Positions 1-12,063 of a stretch of 64,000 bases of DNA are shown in pieces (the stretch's first letter is position 1; each line of letters starts with the position of its first letter). The stretch is from Octopus bimaculoides. Its lineage: Eukaryota. The notes beneath the pieces were generated by a model that worked only from the letters and a program-made list of their open reading frames with translations, was not told the DNA's origin and made no database searches. The stretch is taken from assembly GCF_001194135.2 (NCBI RefSeq), contig NC_068982.1, positions 124,116,368 through 124,180,367 on the forward strand. The letters run 5' to 3'. The position numbers were made by a program, and so were the translations under genes.

Positions 1-78
1 CCAAATCTACTCACAAGGCTTTGGTCGGCTCGAGGCTATAGTAAAAGACACTTGTCCAAGGTGTCACACGGTGGGACT

Positions 79-170
79 GTGGTGGTGGTGGTGGTGGTGG
101 TGGTGGTGGCGGTGGTAGTGATGGTGGTAGTGGTGGCGACAGTGGCAGTGCCAGTGATGGTGGTGGTGGT
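79..170. repeat. (GGT)n/(GTG)n microsatellite
   Basis: Seen directly; produces the spurious poly-Val ORF at 52-429. Confidence 0.9.
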
Positions 171-3100
171 GAAAAGTTCATTTATTTTTCCTCAGCATAG
201 ATGTAATGCTTTGATATTAAAAAGGTTCTCTACCTCTGACATAGTATCTCCTTCAGTCTTTACTGCACTTGATTTCCTTTCTATTACAACAGGAATGCAT
301 TTGAATTTAAGAACACACACACACACATACATAAATGGCTTTCACAGATATTGTTTAATTTGTATTCAAGCTGAAATAATTCTTTTGAGGGTGTACTTGC
401 CAGGCAAGTTATCAAATGATTTGATCTGAGATAATACGCTGAAACTAAGACTATTGTAAGTAGAAGACACTTGTTATTTAAAAATATGCAAAGACTGTTA
501 ACTTCTCTTAAATATTTATTATTTGTTATGCAGAGACAAAATTTTTCTTAAACAAACTCTGACCTGGTCGTCGTAATTCATGAATGAAAATTTTAACACT
601 AAATAAGTCTTTGTATATTTTTTAATGGCCAACAGGTGTCTTGTATACAGCAACCATGAAATAAGTGTGTTGTATTGAAAGTGAGTTCATAAGATATTTT
701 TTCTATTGACCTTTTTTTTTTTTTTTTCCTTTCACTGTAACAGATTTCTCTTTTTCTATTTTACTTGTTTCAGTCATTAGACTGTGGTCATGCTGGGGCA
801 CCACCTAGAAGAGTTTTTTAGTCAAATGAATCAACCTCAGGTACTTTTCTCTTTTTTTTTAAGCCTGGTACTTACTCTATCAGTCTCTTTTGCCAAACTA
901 CTAAGTCACAGGGAGGTAAACACACCATCACCAGTTGTCAAGTGGTGATGGGATGGGGAAACACACACACACACACATATACAATGGGCTTCTTTCAGTT
1001 TCCAACCAAATCCACTCACAAGGCTCTGGTTAGCCTGAAGCTATAGCAGAAGACTCTTGCCCAGTGTGCTGCACAGTGAGACTGAACCTGGAACCATGTA
1101 GTTGTAAAGTAAGCTTTTTTGCCACACAGCCACACTAGCGCCTTTTTCCTAAGAAAAAAAGGTCCTTAATCAAATTGGCTAGTTAGCAATTTTATTGTAT
1201 CTCAGTGGGGGCAGTCATTATGCCAATAATATAAACACAATAAGAAACAAATATTACAGTTTTGTGGCTTTTTATAGTTTATCCACATTAAGTAAGAAAT
1301 TCAGAAGGCTCACTTTACTTAGCATTTATCAATCTAAAGAAGGCCTTTGATAGGGTTCCATGCTTTAACTCTTTAACATTCAAACCAACCATATCCAGCC
1401 TAAATATTCTATCTGCTTTATGTTGAAACCAGCCAGATCAAGCCTCTCACACCTACCCCACAATGTCATTCTAAAAATAAGCTGTCACATCATTGAAATC
1501 TCAAAGCTATGAGATAATATGTGATTACTTCAAACCAATGTGAACGAATAAACATCATATTTGACTGAGTAATTTGAATGCTAAAGGGTTAAAGCTTGCT
1601 AAGAAAAACTGAGTGTAGAAGAATAGCTTGCATAAGACATTCATAATATGCAAAAAGCAAGATTAAAATTAGCCAGTCTGAATGGAACTGAACTACCAAT
1701 TCTGTTTTACACAGAATTCAGTGCCAGAAATGTGTTCATCAGCATCAGAATGCTGCCTCTAGCTTCCTTCTATTCATTAGAATTCTTGATTTTAAAATAA
1801 TGGTTTTACTTTGGGACTTTATATGCTGGTATCCTAGTTCACATTGCATAATCTTTCAAGAAACCGTATATATAGTTACAAATCTGTAAAAACAATTTTT
1901 ACAGATGACTGTACGTCAACATTATAAAGACCAAAGGAATAACTAGTAACAGCAACCACAAAATTTCAGTGAAATATGGAGAGTGGTCTTGTTCAGAAAA
2001 AGTGGGAGAAAATAGATGTAACAAGGAACTTAATTTAGAGAAGAAGCATCATCATCATGATCATCAACTTAGTCCACTGATTGTAGATAATGTGTTAAAC
2101 ATTATTACCAACAACAATGACAACAACAGTAATAAACTATAACTAGACAAATGGTTTTGAATATAAATTGTCCATGATAAAGAATGTCACTAAAAGTAAT
2201 TTTCCATTTTGTGTCTTCAGATTGAAATCATTAATGACGGAGACAAGAACTGTAACTAATAAAATGATGAGAAGGCTAAATGATAACGTCTCTGAACTTC
2301 CACATAGTATAAGAAAGTGTTTGTATGATTTACAGTGAAGGTGTAGTATTGCTTTGTAATACAGGACAGCTCGACAGCTTAAGAGATAATCTAATGCAAG
2401 CATGGACAAGTAGTTATAAGTTGTTATAATAGCATTATAATGGTGTAGGAGTTATTGCAATAGTGTATGAGTGAAATGCTGGGAAAAAGTGGGAGAAAGA
2501 GATGTAACAAGGATCTCTATTTAGAGATGAGGCATTGTCATTATCATCATCATTGTTATCATCATCATCCTTATCATCAACTTTATCACCAAGGTTTCGC
2601 TGTCCATTATCCACAATGGCATTTGTTGTTTCTGATGCCACAAATGTCCATTTCTTATTAAGGGACAAATATAGTCACAAAGATTCAAATAATCAAAAAC
2701 AAATTTTTTCTCAATGTTTGAGCAGAATTTTGATATACTTCACAAAATGTTGAAATTGAGATAGATATGTCAAGTTTTCTAAATGGATTAAAATTTCCAG
2801 ATTTAAATGCACGAAACAAAATGTGTTGATATCAGCTCATTAAACTTTGTCAAAATATATAAAATAAAATCAACATCTTTCGAGAGATTTCCTTTTCTCC
2901 CATTCTACATTACAAGATTCTAATTTGAAAGCCAGTCATATTTTGATATATTAAAAAGGTCCTTTTACATTGATCAGTGTTTGGGGGGATTAAATTTGTT
3001 TACCTATTTTTGTTCTTTTCATGTTTTTGCTGTTAGTTGCATAAAAAATACACCCAGTGAACACTGTAAAGTGTTTTTCATGAGGAAGGGTGTCATCATT

Positions 3101-4531
3101 AGCATTGTTTAACATCCGCTTTCCATGATGTCATGGGTTGGATGGTTTGACTGAGGACTGGCGAACCAGATGGCAGCACCAGGCTCCAATCTGATCTGGC
3201 AGAGCTTCTACAGCCTGGATGCCCTTTCTAATGCCAACCACTCTGAGAGTGTAGTGGGGGCTTTTTATGTGCCACCGGCACAAGAGCCAGTCAGGCAGCA
3301 CTGACATCAACCACACTTGAATGGTGCTTTTCATATGCCAATCAGGCAGCACTGGCAATGGTCATGCTTGAATGGTACTTTTTATGTGCCAGTCAGGTGG
3401 CACTGGCATTGGCTACACTTGAATGGTGCTTTTTACATTCCACTGGCACAGATGCCAGTCAGGTGGCATTGACATCAGCCATGACAATGATTTCACTTTG
3501 TTCAACAGGTCTTCTCAAGCATGGCATATTGCCTGATGATTGAAGGGTGCTTTTAAATGGGCCAGTTATGTGACACTGGCATTGGCTACAGCTACGATCT
3601 CAGTTGGTTTACTGGTGTCTAGCCATATAACTATGCCAAAACTGATATTGGAGTTTAATATAGCCCTACGACTCAACGGATCCTGTCAAGCCATCCAGCA
3701 CATACCAACATGGTAAACAGATTTTAAATGAGGATGATAATGTATTTGGTAAAGCTTTTCTTTGGTGAGGTCTTTTTCTGATGATGTTCACTTATAATGG
3801 ATAAAAAAAAGTAAATAAATGAATATTATATTATTTTGAAACTAGTTTTTCATTTATAAATTTCCTCATGGAATCATGTTTAGGAGAGAAACAACCCATA
3901 CCAGCATGGAAAGCGGACGTTAAACAATGATGATGATGACTGTATAAAAACAGTGACATTAGTTTCAAATTTTGGCACAAGGCTAGCAATTTCAGGATTT
4001 GGGGGTAGGTTGATTACATCAACCCCAGTGCTCAACTGATACTTATTGTATTCTTTTCTGCTCTAGGCACAAGGCCTGACATTTTTGGGGAGGAGGCCCA
4101 GTCAATTAGATTGACCCCAGTATGCAACTGGTACTTATTTTATTGACTCCAAAAGGATAAAAGGCAAAGTCAACCTCAGTGGAATTTGAATTCAGAACAT
4201 AAAGATGGATGAAATGCCACTAAGCATTTTGCCTGGCATGTTAATGCTTCTGCTAGCTTACTGAAGAGTATTTTTTAGTTTCAAATTCTGGCACAAAGTC
4301 AGCAATTTCTGGAAGGAGTGAAGTCGATCACATCGACACCAGTATTCAGCTGGTACCTATTTTATCAACCCTGAAGAGATAAACGGTAAAGTCAACTTTG
4401 GCAGAATTTGAATTCAAAACATAAAGACAGATGGAATGCCATGAAGAATTTTGTTCAGCATGCCAACGCTTCTGCTAATGTACTGCTTTATATATGAAGA
4501 GTAATATAGAGTGGTAATTAACCATATGTTC

Positions 4532-4633
4532 ACAAACATGTAAACTGAACGCTGTTTACAAACATGTAAACTGAACGCTGTTTACAAACATGTAAACTGA
4601 ACGCTGTTTACAAACATGTAAACTGAACGCTGT
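4532..4633. repeat. 26-bp minisatellite, about 3.9 identical copies
   Basis: Unit ACAAACATGTAAACTGAACGCTGTTT at 4532, 4558, 4584 and (partial) 4610. Confidence 0.95.
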
Positions 4634-4664
4634 CAACAGTTCTATTATTTTGATAATCTCTCTT

Positions 4665-4925
4665 TTAATCCTTTTTGCCCCTTGTGGAGCATAGGGCCTC
4701 AACAGTTGTTTTCCACTTTTTGCAGTCATTGGTGTGTTTCTTGGCTGCTTCCCATGTTAGGCTGGTGGTCCTGAGCTTGTCCAAAATACTCCGCTTCCAT
4801 GTCTACTTCGGGCGTCCTCACTTCCTTTTCCCCTGCAGGTTCCAGTCAAGTGCTTGTCGTGTCACATTTGAGGGTTCTTTCTGCAGTGTATGTCTGATCC
4901 ATCTCCATTTCCTTTGTCTAATCTG
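4665..4925 (-). mobile_element. RTE (BovB-like) LINE ORF C-terminal fragment
   Basis: LDWNLQGKRK*GRPK*TWKRS...WKTTVEALCSTRGKKD* matches the RTE C-terminus (LDWNPQGKRKRGRP...W...V.ALCS). Confidence 0.65.
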
Positions 4926-6096
4926 AACTTCTGCTAGTATATCATCATCATCATCATCGTTTAACGTCCGCTTTCCATGCTAGCATGGGTTGGACGATTT
5001 GACTGAGGACTGGTGCAACCGGATGGCTACACCAGGCTCCAATCTAATTTGGCAGTTTCTACAGCTGGATGCCCTTCCTAACGCCAATATATATATATAT
5101 ATATATATTGTTGTTTTGTGTTCATTAGTTTCAAATTGAGTTCATACTATCCATTGCCATTTTTTAGTAATTATGTATTTCTCAGTTCAATTCATCATCA
5201 TCATCGTTTAACGTCCGCTTTCCATGCTAGCATGGGTTGGACGATTTGATTGAGGACTCGTGAAACCAGATAGCTACACCAGACTCCAATCTGATCTGGC
5301 AGAGTTTCTACAGCTGGATGCCCTTCCTAACGCCAACCACTCCAAGAGTGTAGTGGGTGCTTTTACGTGCCACCGGCACGAAGGCCAGTCAGGCGATACT
5401 GGCAACGGCCACGCTCAAAATGGTGAATCTTATGTGCCACCCGCACAAGAGCCAGTCCAGGGGCACTGACAACGATCTCGCTCGAAAGTCCTTACACATG
5501 CCACGGGCACAAGTGCCAGGTTGATGTATTATTTAGCCCTCTGAAGGCATGTAGCCTACTGGTCAAGTGTGTTGCTCAGTTGTGAATGTTTTAAGCAACT
5601 CAGATTACGATTTTGCTAAAAATAAAGATTTAAAAAAAGGGGTCCATACTTTTTGTAATTTCTTAGTTTTTACTTTTTCGAGAATTCTTTTCCTCACGAT
5701 CAGCATTTCTTCATGTATAACCGTAATATATGACGATTAAAGCACACACATCCAAAGAAATTACCGTTTTTAACGCCGATTATTTCCGACTCTATTCTAT
5801 AAGGAGATCACACACACACACACGTGTGTGCATGATGGAAGGGATGTAACTCTACGCCAAACTTTTACCCAGTCCCATTGCTGGGAATAGTGTGGTCTGC
5901 TATGCCAAAAATTTGACTTCTGTGAAAATTTTGTATAAACTTTTTCCAACATGACCTTTTGGCCACAAATCATCCAAGGAACATTTTTTTAGCTACTATT
6001 TTGCATATATATGGCAACGATAATAAAATAGTTGCCAAAGAAGTCAATTATTTGATAACTTTAATATATTCACAAAGGGTAATATAAGATCTCAAA

Positions 6097-6310
6097 TAGT
6101 ACAAGTAGAAAGATATATTTTTTGACGCGTAAATATTGATAGAACAGTATACATGGGATAATATCCCTTACAGTGCAGAGCACTTGACCGGAAATCAAAG
6201 GGATGTGAGTTCGATTCTCATGGGTGGTTGCTCTGTAAGGGATAGTATCCCATGTATACTGTTCTATCAGTATTTACGCGTTGAAAAAATATATCTTTCT
6301 ACTTGTACTA
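6097..6310. mobile_element. Foldback/palindromic element with tRNA-like core
   Basis: Arms 6097-6173 and 6233-6310 are reverse complements with about 4 differences. The core has a T-arm with B box GTTCGATTC (6209-6217). A direct repeat ATCTCAAATAGT lies at 6089-6100 and 6355-6366. Confidence 0.7.
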
Positions 6311-6736
6311 CAATACATTTCAGCGCTTCAAAAACATTGTTTACATATGACGTTATCTCAAATAGTGTTTTTAGCATTAAGGAATTCAAATTTAACTTTC
6401 AAATATAAAACAGCTACCATTTCCAAAACAGAGTACATTTCATAATGAATATGATCTCTAATCTATTTTGGATCTTTGTGTAATTCTGCTGCATATAGAA
6501 TAATTGGTGGACCGTCACAACACCCTCATCCGTTTTTTTTTTGTTTTTTTTTCAGAAACCCACGTTTTCGGCTACGGAGATTCCGAATCTATAAAAAAAA
6601 TTGGTATTTCAAAATTTCAATCCCCCACTCACTCCTCAATTTCTTCATTTTTCACTTTTTTCAGAATTTTTTTTTGGCGAAATACGTGGAAAAAACGGAG
6701 AAGACATGCCTCCAATTCGGCTGAATGAAGACTATA

Positions 6737-6976
6737 ACTTCCGGTAACTGTAAAGGCGCAGAAAACTCACAATATTTCGTATTATATTTCAAATGAATAT
6801 TGACTGAAAAAAAGTCTTAAAATATAAATTAATTTTTTACAAATGTTATAAAATGCATACTAAAATATAATTTCTCAACTTTAGTTATCATTTATTTGAC
6901 ATCCGGTTTTGTGTGCACAGTGCTTCTGGTTCCTTTTCATACGAGTCTTTCATTGGAACGTTTGCTAAACGTAAGT
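6737..6976 (+). promoter_or_regulatory. Probable RPL28 promoter and non-coding exon 1 (TCT/TOP initiator about 6931-6938, donor at 6971)
   Basis: Two ETS-type sites matching ACCGGAWGT on the minus strand (ACTTCCGGT 6737-6745; ACATCCGGT 6899-6907). TCCTTTTC at 6931-6938 matches the TCT motif YYCTTTYY. A strong donor AAC|GTAAGT follows at 6971. The RPL28 ATG exon has an acceptor, so an upstream exon is required. Confidence 0.55.
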
Positions 6977-7834
6977 GTTCGTTCTTAATATCCACTCTTT
7001 CAGTGTTAATATTAATTAATATAATTTTACTATGTCTATAAATTATCGTTTTTTGTTTGTTAACGTCTACTTTACCATTTATCTTTAGAATTTTATGCTC
7101 TATATTTATATATATGTGTGTGTCTCTCTCTCTCTATATATATATTTGTGCCACATGGGCTTAACTTCACCATGGCGGTTCTGCCAAATAGCTAACACTT
7201 GAATTAAATTAATAGCTGTCACATCTAAAGATTTTCCCCCCTACTTCAAGTTTTATTAAAGAATATGTATTGAAGTTCAAGTACATCATCATAAGCATTA
7301 ACAAATTCTTTTTTTATTTCTAATTGATTATGAAAGGTTCACAATTTCTATATTATAATTTTTACGTTAATTACTATATTTGATGCACTTTTACCCCTCC
7401 AAAGAAATGTCTATGGACGTCACTCCGGGTCCTTTATGCCAAGTTGGGCCTCACTTTAATCTTTAATGTACTAAAAATATCTTCCTGAATACGCGTTACT
7501 GAAATCGTGTTGCGTCTTTTATATCTTCAAATACGGAATATAAGGTCACAAATGGTAGTGGTATAAGTGCGTAAGTGATCGCTTATTCGAATTGCTGGTC
7601 ATCCCGACTCAATACACAATGGTTCTTAGAGATATTTCAGTTTGAAGTACTGTTCATGAAGCAGAGCAAGTGTAGAATCATGCTTTTATGGCTTTTTCAT
7701 TCGTACTGTTTTTGTTAATTATAGAATGAAAATTAAACATCTTACAATCACGGGTTAAATTGTTCTGAGCACGTGCAAGCATGCAAAACACATTAGCATA
7801 GTTAAATCATATACATTCATTGTAAATAATGTGC

Positions 7835-8122
7835 GGCATTCCTTCGATATAACTCGACAAAATCAAAACATTTCACTTCGGGTATTTCCGTGGGTTGTGG
7901 AATATAGATATAACGAAACTATGCCAGCAATGTCTCGTTTTAAATTTGGAAAAAAAAAAAAAAAAAAAAAAATGCCTTGCATATTTGTTCTTATCTACTT
8001 CGTGTGTATATGTAAAATCCGCAAATTTCCAAGCAGAGAACAGAATCGAACTGTTATTTGCTTCCACGGAAATATACGAAGTGAAATGTTTTGATTTTGT
8101 CGAGTTATATCGCAGGAACGCC
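7835..8122. mobile_element. hAT-type MITE in putative RPL28 intron 1
   Basis: About 58-bp TIRs (GGCATTCCTTCGATATAACTCGACAAAATCAAAACATTTCACTTCG... and its reverse complement ending at 8122). 8-bp TSD TAATGTGC (7827-7834) / CAATGTGC (8123-8130), 1 mismatch. Confidence 0.75.
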
Positions 8123-8247
8123 CAATGTGCAGTTGTTGCCTATATGTTTAAATAATGATAATATACACAAGTTCAAATCCTGCCGAAGTCAACGAGGTAT
8201 AGACGGAATATATGTAATCTGAACCTTTCTCCCCCTTATTTATTAAT

Positions 8248-8891
8248 NNNNNNNNNNNNNNNNNNNNNNNNNNNNNNNNNNNNNNNNNNNNNNNNNNNNN
8301 NNNNNNNNNNNNNNNNNNNNNNNNNNNNNNNNNNNNNNNNNNNNNNNNNNNNNNNNNNNNNNNNNNNNNNNNNNNNNNNNNNNNNNNNNNNNNNNNNNNN
8401 NNNNNNNNNNNNNNNNNNNNNNNNNNNNNNNNNNNNNNNNNNNNNNNNNNNNNNNNNNNNNNNNNNNNNNNNNNNNNNNNNNNNNNNNNNNNNNNNNNNN
8501 NNNNNNNNNNNNNNNNNNNNNNNNNNNNNNNNNNNNNNNNNNNNNNNNNNNNNNNNNNNNNNNNNNNNNNNNNNNNNNNNNNNNNNNNNNNNNNNNNNNN
8601 NNNNNNNNNNNNNNNNNNNNNNNNNNNNNNNNNNNNNNNNNNNNNNNNNNNNNNNNNNNNNNNNNNNNNNNNNNNNNNNNNNNNNNNNNNNNNNNNNNNN
8701 NNNNNNNNNNNNNNNNNNNNNNNNNNNNNNNNNNNNNNNNNNNNNNNNNNNNNNNNNNNNNNNNNNNNNNNNNNNNNNNNNNNNNNNNNNNNNNNNNNNN
8801 NNNNNNNNNNNNNNNNNNNNNNNNNNNNNNNNNNNNNNNNNNNNNNNNNNNNNNNNNNNNNNNNNNNNNNNNNNNNNNNNNNNNNNNNNNN
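8248..8891. other. Assembly gap (N run)
   Basis: N run. Other gaps: 19734-20288, 41443-41452, 49707-50233, 54083-54210. ORFs spanning them are artefacts. Confidence 0.99.
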
Positions 8892-10259
8892 ATTTTCTGT
8901 TGTAGCGGTGGCGATGGCAATATCGCGGTGATTAATTCCAACTTTGGATTACGCGTGGTGGTGGTGCTGATTGGTGTATGTGATTTGTTTTTAAAAACAA
9001 TAATGAATAATGCAAAAATATATTTATTTATAAAGTTTAAACTGAACATGAAATGAAATATATTTATTTATAAAGTTTAAACTGAATTTCATTTGTTTAA
9101 ATTCTACGGAAACGCATTTTCTAATTTGATAAATTCTACGGAAACAAACGAAGGTGGACGAGTGATAGATAGATAGAGAGAACAGATAGCTCCGGCCAGT
9201 CAGTAGCCAAAGAAACATATTCTGGACCCTAGAACCGTCGCAAAATAGAGATAAATGTTTTAAATCTGCAACACCGTTCAACTTGCATGCCTCATACCCT
9301 GATGTCTTCAATTTGATTGACTATTAATGCAAATTTGGAACTCTTTCTGCATCATTAAATTTTGGATTAAAGTCTAATTTATTCTTTAATTGAATGAATT
9401 CTGGTCTATTATGTAGTACCACCGTTATTGGAATTCCTAATGCTTTAGTTCTTCTGAGTTCCTAGTTCAAGTAACTAAGTCAGTTCTACTGACATATTCC
9501 TAACATTTAGTATCCCCAGTCCATATTTATTCCCTAGGGTTGTGATATGGATCGTAAAAGGGAAGTGGGGCTTTTACATTTGATTTTAACACCTGTTGAG
9601 GATCTGGTAAATTCTATATTAGGCCAAAATCTGAAGAGGTTTTTCTCATTTTCATTGTTTGGTAGTACTCTTAAGCATGTCAATAAATAGCCTGGTTTTA
9701 TTAAAAAAATGTTATCTACAATCAGTTTGCAGTAATATGTTGCAAAGTTTGATGTATAAACCAGTGATGTTTTTCAGTTTAGGGACACTAACATGTTAGA
9801 TATTATCTATTAGATTTATATAATGGCTTGAGCCCATCTTAAAAATACCTGCAGAAACCTAAGAAAGATACAAGATTAAAGCATATGTTTGGATTAATTG
9901 ATACATTGGTTCCTTTCAGAGTAGCAGTAACAGTTTTCTCTTTATTCTTAGTAGATACTAAGGTGTAATATCAAATTTCTTCCATTGTTTGAGACCTATT
10001 TGAAGATCTAAATTAACCCTTGAAAGTTTGTGTTGTTTAAAACACCATAATAATGAGTTATTTTCCAAAATCTTACAAAACTAATTGAAGCACAGGTAGC
10101 ATATTTTCAACAAAAATATAAAAAGGATGATTACTGTAAGAAATCAGGTAATTTGTGATAGAAAAGCAAATTTCTATTATTCCAGTCTTAGTTCTGTAAC
10201 GGTCTTTATTCAGTTTATTACTATATTTCTGTGAAAATGCATTTCAGTTTGTGGGGGGC

Positions 10260-12063
10260 TTAAAATGTTGGGCGATGTGGGTTATGGTCTTGTCAGTCAC
10301 ATTGTAAATCAGGTAATTCATGGAGTCGTCATACCCAATGACTGGTATAGCAGCACCGTAGTCAACTGCTACTAAGGGAAAGGTTATACTTTAGCTAGAA
10401 ATAACTACAGCAGCATCAAATTATTGGATCAGGCGATGAAAGTTACAGAGAGGGTCATAGCCCAACTAATTAGGGAGAAAGTTAACCTAGATGCATGCAG
10501 TTTGGTTTTGTGCCAGGCAGAAGCACCACTGATGCTATATTTCTGGTAAGGCAACTGCAGGAGAAATGGTTAAACCTTTGTACTTGGCTTTTGTTGACCT
10601 GGAGAAAGCCTTTGATAGGGTCCCCGGTCCCTTATCTGGTGGTCAGTGTGGAAACTGGGGATAGATGAGTGACTGGTAAGAGCTGTACAGGGATGCTATC
10701 AGTAAAGTGAGGGTTGGCAACGAGTATAGAGAAGAATTCCAAGTAGAAGTAGGGGTTCACCAAGGATCAGTCCTCCAGGCAATAACAGGAATTCAAAACA
10801 GGCTGCCCCTGGGAGCTCCTCTATGCTGATGACCTTCCTCTGATAGACGAGTCACTGCCAGAACTGGAGACGAAGTTTAGGGTGTGGAAGCAGGGTCTAA
10901 AATCGAAGGGCCTTAGGGTTAACCTAGCCAAAACCAAAGCCTTACTAAGTAGGAAGGCTGTCAAATCACTATCCCCTTAAGGTAGATGGCCCTGCTCGAT
11001 CTGTAGAAAAGGCGTGGGGATACGATGTATCCAGTGTAAGCTATGGATACATAGAAGGTGCCGCAATATCAAAGGAAGGTTAACCGAGAAAATAGTTTTT
11101 GTGTGTGGCAGATGCACAGAGGCAATAAACACTGAAGATGTAGCAACTAGAGTAAGAATAGCCTGGGCAAAGTTCAGGGAGCTCCTACCCCTGCTGGCAA
11201 CTAAGAGCCTCTCACTCAGGATAAAAGGTAGACAGTATGATGCATGTGCGCGGACTGCCATGCTGTATGGCAGTAAAACATAGGCCATGAATGCTGAGGA
11301 CCTGCGTAGGCTTGCAAAAAATGAAGCTAGCTTGATCTGCTGGATGTGTAATGTCAGTGTGCATACATGATAGTGTAAACTCCCTGAGAGAAAAGTTGGG
11401 CATAAGAAGCATCAAATGTTGTGTGCAAGAGAGACGACTGCGCTGCTATGATCATGTGTTACGTATAAGGACAGGTGTGTGAGGAAGTGCCACTCCCTAA
11501 CCGTGGAAGAGGTAGACTCAGGAAGACATGGAATGAGGTAGTGGAGCATGACCTTCGAACATTGAGCCTCACAGAAGCAATGACAGGAGACCAAGACCTT
11601 TGGAGACAGGCTGTGTTTGAGAGGACTTGGCAACTAAAGTGAGATCGCATGCCCAGCCCTGTTAAGAATACCCCTGATGCGTTGGGTGATATAACATGCT
11701 TGAGAAGGCCTGCTGAGTCAACTAAATCCAACATCGTAGCTGTGGCCAGGCTGGCTTCCGTGCCGGTGGCACGTAAAAAGCACCATTTGAACGTGGTCAA
11801 TATCCCCTGACTGGTCCCCACGCCAGTGGCATGTAAAAAGCACCATTTGAACGTGGTCAATATCCCTTGATTGGCTCCTGTACCAGTGGCACGTAAAAAG
11901 CACCCACTACACTCTTGGAGTGGTTGGCGTTAGGAAGGGCATTCAGCTGTTGAAACATCGACAGATCAGATTGGAGCCTGGTGCAGCTGCTGGCTCTCCA
12001 GACCTCAGTTGAATCATCCAACCCATACCAGCATGGAAAACAGACGTTAAACGATGATGATGA
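10260..12063 (+). mobile_element. 5'-truncated, degenerate RTE-clade LINE (RT fragment, PHD-like finger, 3' UTR, (GAT)n tail) in RPL28 intron 1
   Basis: Interrupted RT motifs: NYSSIKLLDQAMKV, MQFGFVPGRSTTDAIF, AFVDLEKAFDRVP, GVHQGS, WELLYADDL, RVRIAWAKFRELLPLL. Stops and frameshifts are present. It ends in the family 3' tail ...CATGGAAAACAGACGTTAAACGATGATGATGA. Confidence 0.9.

Larger units (their letters stand above)
3095..5520 (-). repeat. Cluster of RTE 3'-tail repeats (3095-3620, 4941-5087, 5193-5520) and SINE copies (3955-4480)
   Basis: Recurring (CAT)nCGTTTAACGTCCGCTTTCCATGCTAGCATGGGTTGGACG...GGATGCCCTTCCTAACGCCAACC and TTGACCCCAG..GCAACTGGTACTTATTTTAT motifs, shared with many other copies in the window. 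Confidence 0.8.

Noticed and set aside
2143-2753. Short ORFs (64-88 aa) as a possible minus-strand gene divergent from RPL28
   Set aside because: No recognisable domain or splice-consistent exon chain; partly (CAT)n-derived. A degenerate direct repeat (about 1996-2060 versus 2483-2550) suggests a local duplication.
4532-4633. CRISPR-like direct repeats
   Set aside because: The units are contiguous with no unique spacers, the context is eukaryotic and there are no cas genes. It is a minisatellite.
6171-6230. Intact tRNA gene
   Set aside because: The 5' acceptor strand and A box are missing, the position-33 equivalent is C rather than U, and the variable region is irregular. It is only a tRNA-derived remnant.
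8243-9049. Long ORFs of 200-270 aa here and at 19693-20339, 49542-50280 and 54035-54408
   Set aside because: They are open only because they span N-gaps.
9440-9555. H/ACA snoRNA candidate in RPL28 intron 1 (CCCCA/TGGGG and TCCATAT/ATATGGA stems, then ACA)
   Set aside because: No ANANNA H box between the hairpins and no 5' side to the pseudouridylation pocket.
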